IMG/VR virus record: IMGVR_UViG_638341085_000012
Strand: one strand, 5' to 3'
From: a virus
Lineage: Duplodnaviria; Heunggongvirae; Uroviricota; Caudoviricetes
Length of the DNA stretch: 42,309 nucleotides
Shown: in pieces, positions 41,377-42,309 of the stretch
How the letters are laid out: each line of letters starts with the position of its first letter
How positions within the stretch are numbered: position 1 is the first letter of the stretch
The notes under the pieces: model-generated
Told to the model about the DNA's origin: nothing
Databases searched by the model: none
What the model saw: only the letters and a program-made list of their open reading frames with translations
Made by a program: the position numbers and the translations under genes

Positions 41377-42309
41377 TTATGCTGGGTTTTTATCATTTTT
41401 CTTAATGTTTTCCGCACGTTCTGCTTTTTGGCGTGCTTCTGCTTTACGCTTGTTGCTCATGTCGTTACGAATCTGTGCATGACTCATTAACGCGAAGATA
41501 AAGGTGCCGCCGCAGATGTTCCCCGCTAAAGTAGGTAGTGCGAAGGGCCAGATGAAATCGCTCCAGTGCAGCGTGCCGTTAAACACCAGATAGAGGATTT
41601 CAACAGAACCGACAACGATGTGGGTGGTGTCACCCAGTGCAATAAGCCAGGTCATCAATATAATCACCACAATCTTTGCCGCACCCGCAGCAGGAAACAT
41701 CCAAACCATAGTGGCGATCAGCCAGCCGGAAATGATCGCGTTGGCAAACATCTCGCTGGGGGTGTTCTTCATCACATCCATGCCGATTTTGACAAATGCA
41801 TCGCGAGTTTCTTCATTGAAGATAGGCATATATTCAAATGCCCATGCAGCAATACCTGTCCCGAGAATATTACCCAGCAGCACGACGCCCCATAATCGCA
41901 TAAGTAAGCCGACGTTGCTCATTGTCGGTTTTTGCATGACGGGTAGTACCGCAGTCACGGTGTTTTCGGTAAATAATTGCTGGCGGGCCATAATGACGAT
42001 AATAAAACCAAAGGTATAACCGAGATTCTCCAGTAAGAAGCTGCCTGGCACTCCTTCCAGTTCGACATGAAATATCCCTTTTGCCAGTAGCGAAGCGCCC
42101 ATCGACAGACCCGCCGCAATGGCTGACCACAGTAGCGCCATTGCGTCGCGTTCCAGCTCTTTTTCACCATCCTGGCGGATATGCTCATGAATTGCCATCG
42201 CCCGGGAGGGGAGTCGGTCTTCATCTATTTCTATTTTTTTGCCGCGCTCTTTTTCTTCGCTCTCAACTTCAATTTCGTCGCTGTGTTGATCAATTTTGTC
42301 GTTGTCCAT
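41377..42309 (-). CDS. yfdC: Formate/nitrite transporter family inner-membrane protein YfdC, 310 aa, complete
   Basis: MDNDKIDQHSDEIEVESEEKERGKKIEIDEDRLP... matches recalled E. coli YfdC; start codon at the last bases of the window. Confidence 0.85.
   Translation of the reverse strand: MDNDKIDQHSDEIEVESEEKERGKKIEIDEDRLPSRAMAIHEHIRQDGEKELERDAMALLWSAIAAGLSMGASLLAKGIFHVELEGVPGSFLLENLGYTFGFIIVIMARQQLFTENTVTAVLPVMQKPTMSNVGLLMRLWGVVLLGNILGTGIAAWAFEYMPIFNEETRDAFVKIGMDVMKNTPSEMFANAIISGWLIATMVWMFPAAGAAKIVVIILMTWLIALGDTTHIVVGSVEILYLVFNGTLHWSDFIWPFALPTLAGNICGGTFIFALMSHAQIRNDMSNKRKAEARQKAERAENIKKNDKNPA

Overview
This window holds a complete ~39.6-kb lambdoid prophage (1689..41241) integrated at the 3' end of tRNA-Arg argW, flanked by the sucrose permease gene cscB on the left and yfdC on the right. 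The prophage is bounded by a 15-bp direct repeat (tggtgtcccctgcag). It is a mosaic: a KplE1/Sf6/HK620-type integration module (intS beside argW, excisionase torI at the far end); a lambda-like early-left operon (N with nutL, cIII, kil, a single-strand annealing protein, ssb, Ea22-like genes); a phage 434-type immunity region (cI, cro, OR1-3, OL1-3); cII; a replication module (O-like initiator with internal iterons plus a primase-helicase fusion); a nin region (ninB, a Dam-like methyltransferase, ninC, ninD, ninE, ninG, ninH, ninI); Q with PR'/tR'; the lysis cassette (S, R, Rz/Rz1); rha; and a P22/Sf6-like packaging and virion module ending in a chimeric tailspike. No CRISPR array or rRNA was seen. 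The candidates most worth follow-up are single-gene accessory insertions rather than a clear multi-gene system: an HNH-AP2 homing endonuclease cassette splitting ninF, an AT-rich trypsin-like serine protease moron between rha and the small terminase, a secreted protein translationally coupled to cI, an mnt-like repressor plus lipoprotein operon, an ssb with a 15-residue extension past the DDDIPF tip, and a ~200-bp GC-rich insert in the N leader. All identifications rest on reading the six-frame translations and on recalled family sequences; no database search was run. The ORF track labels 2385..2936 as + but the DNA shows it is on the minus strand.
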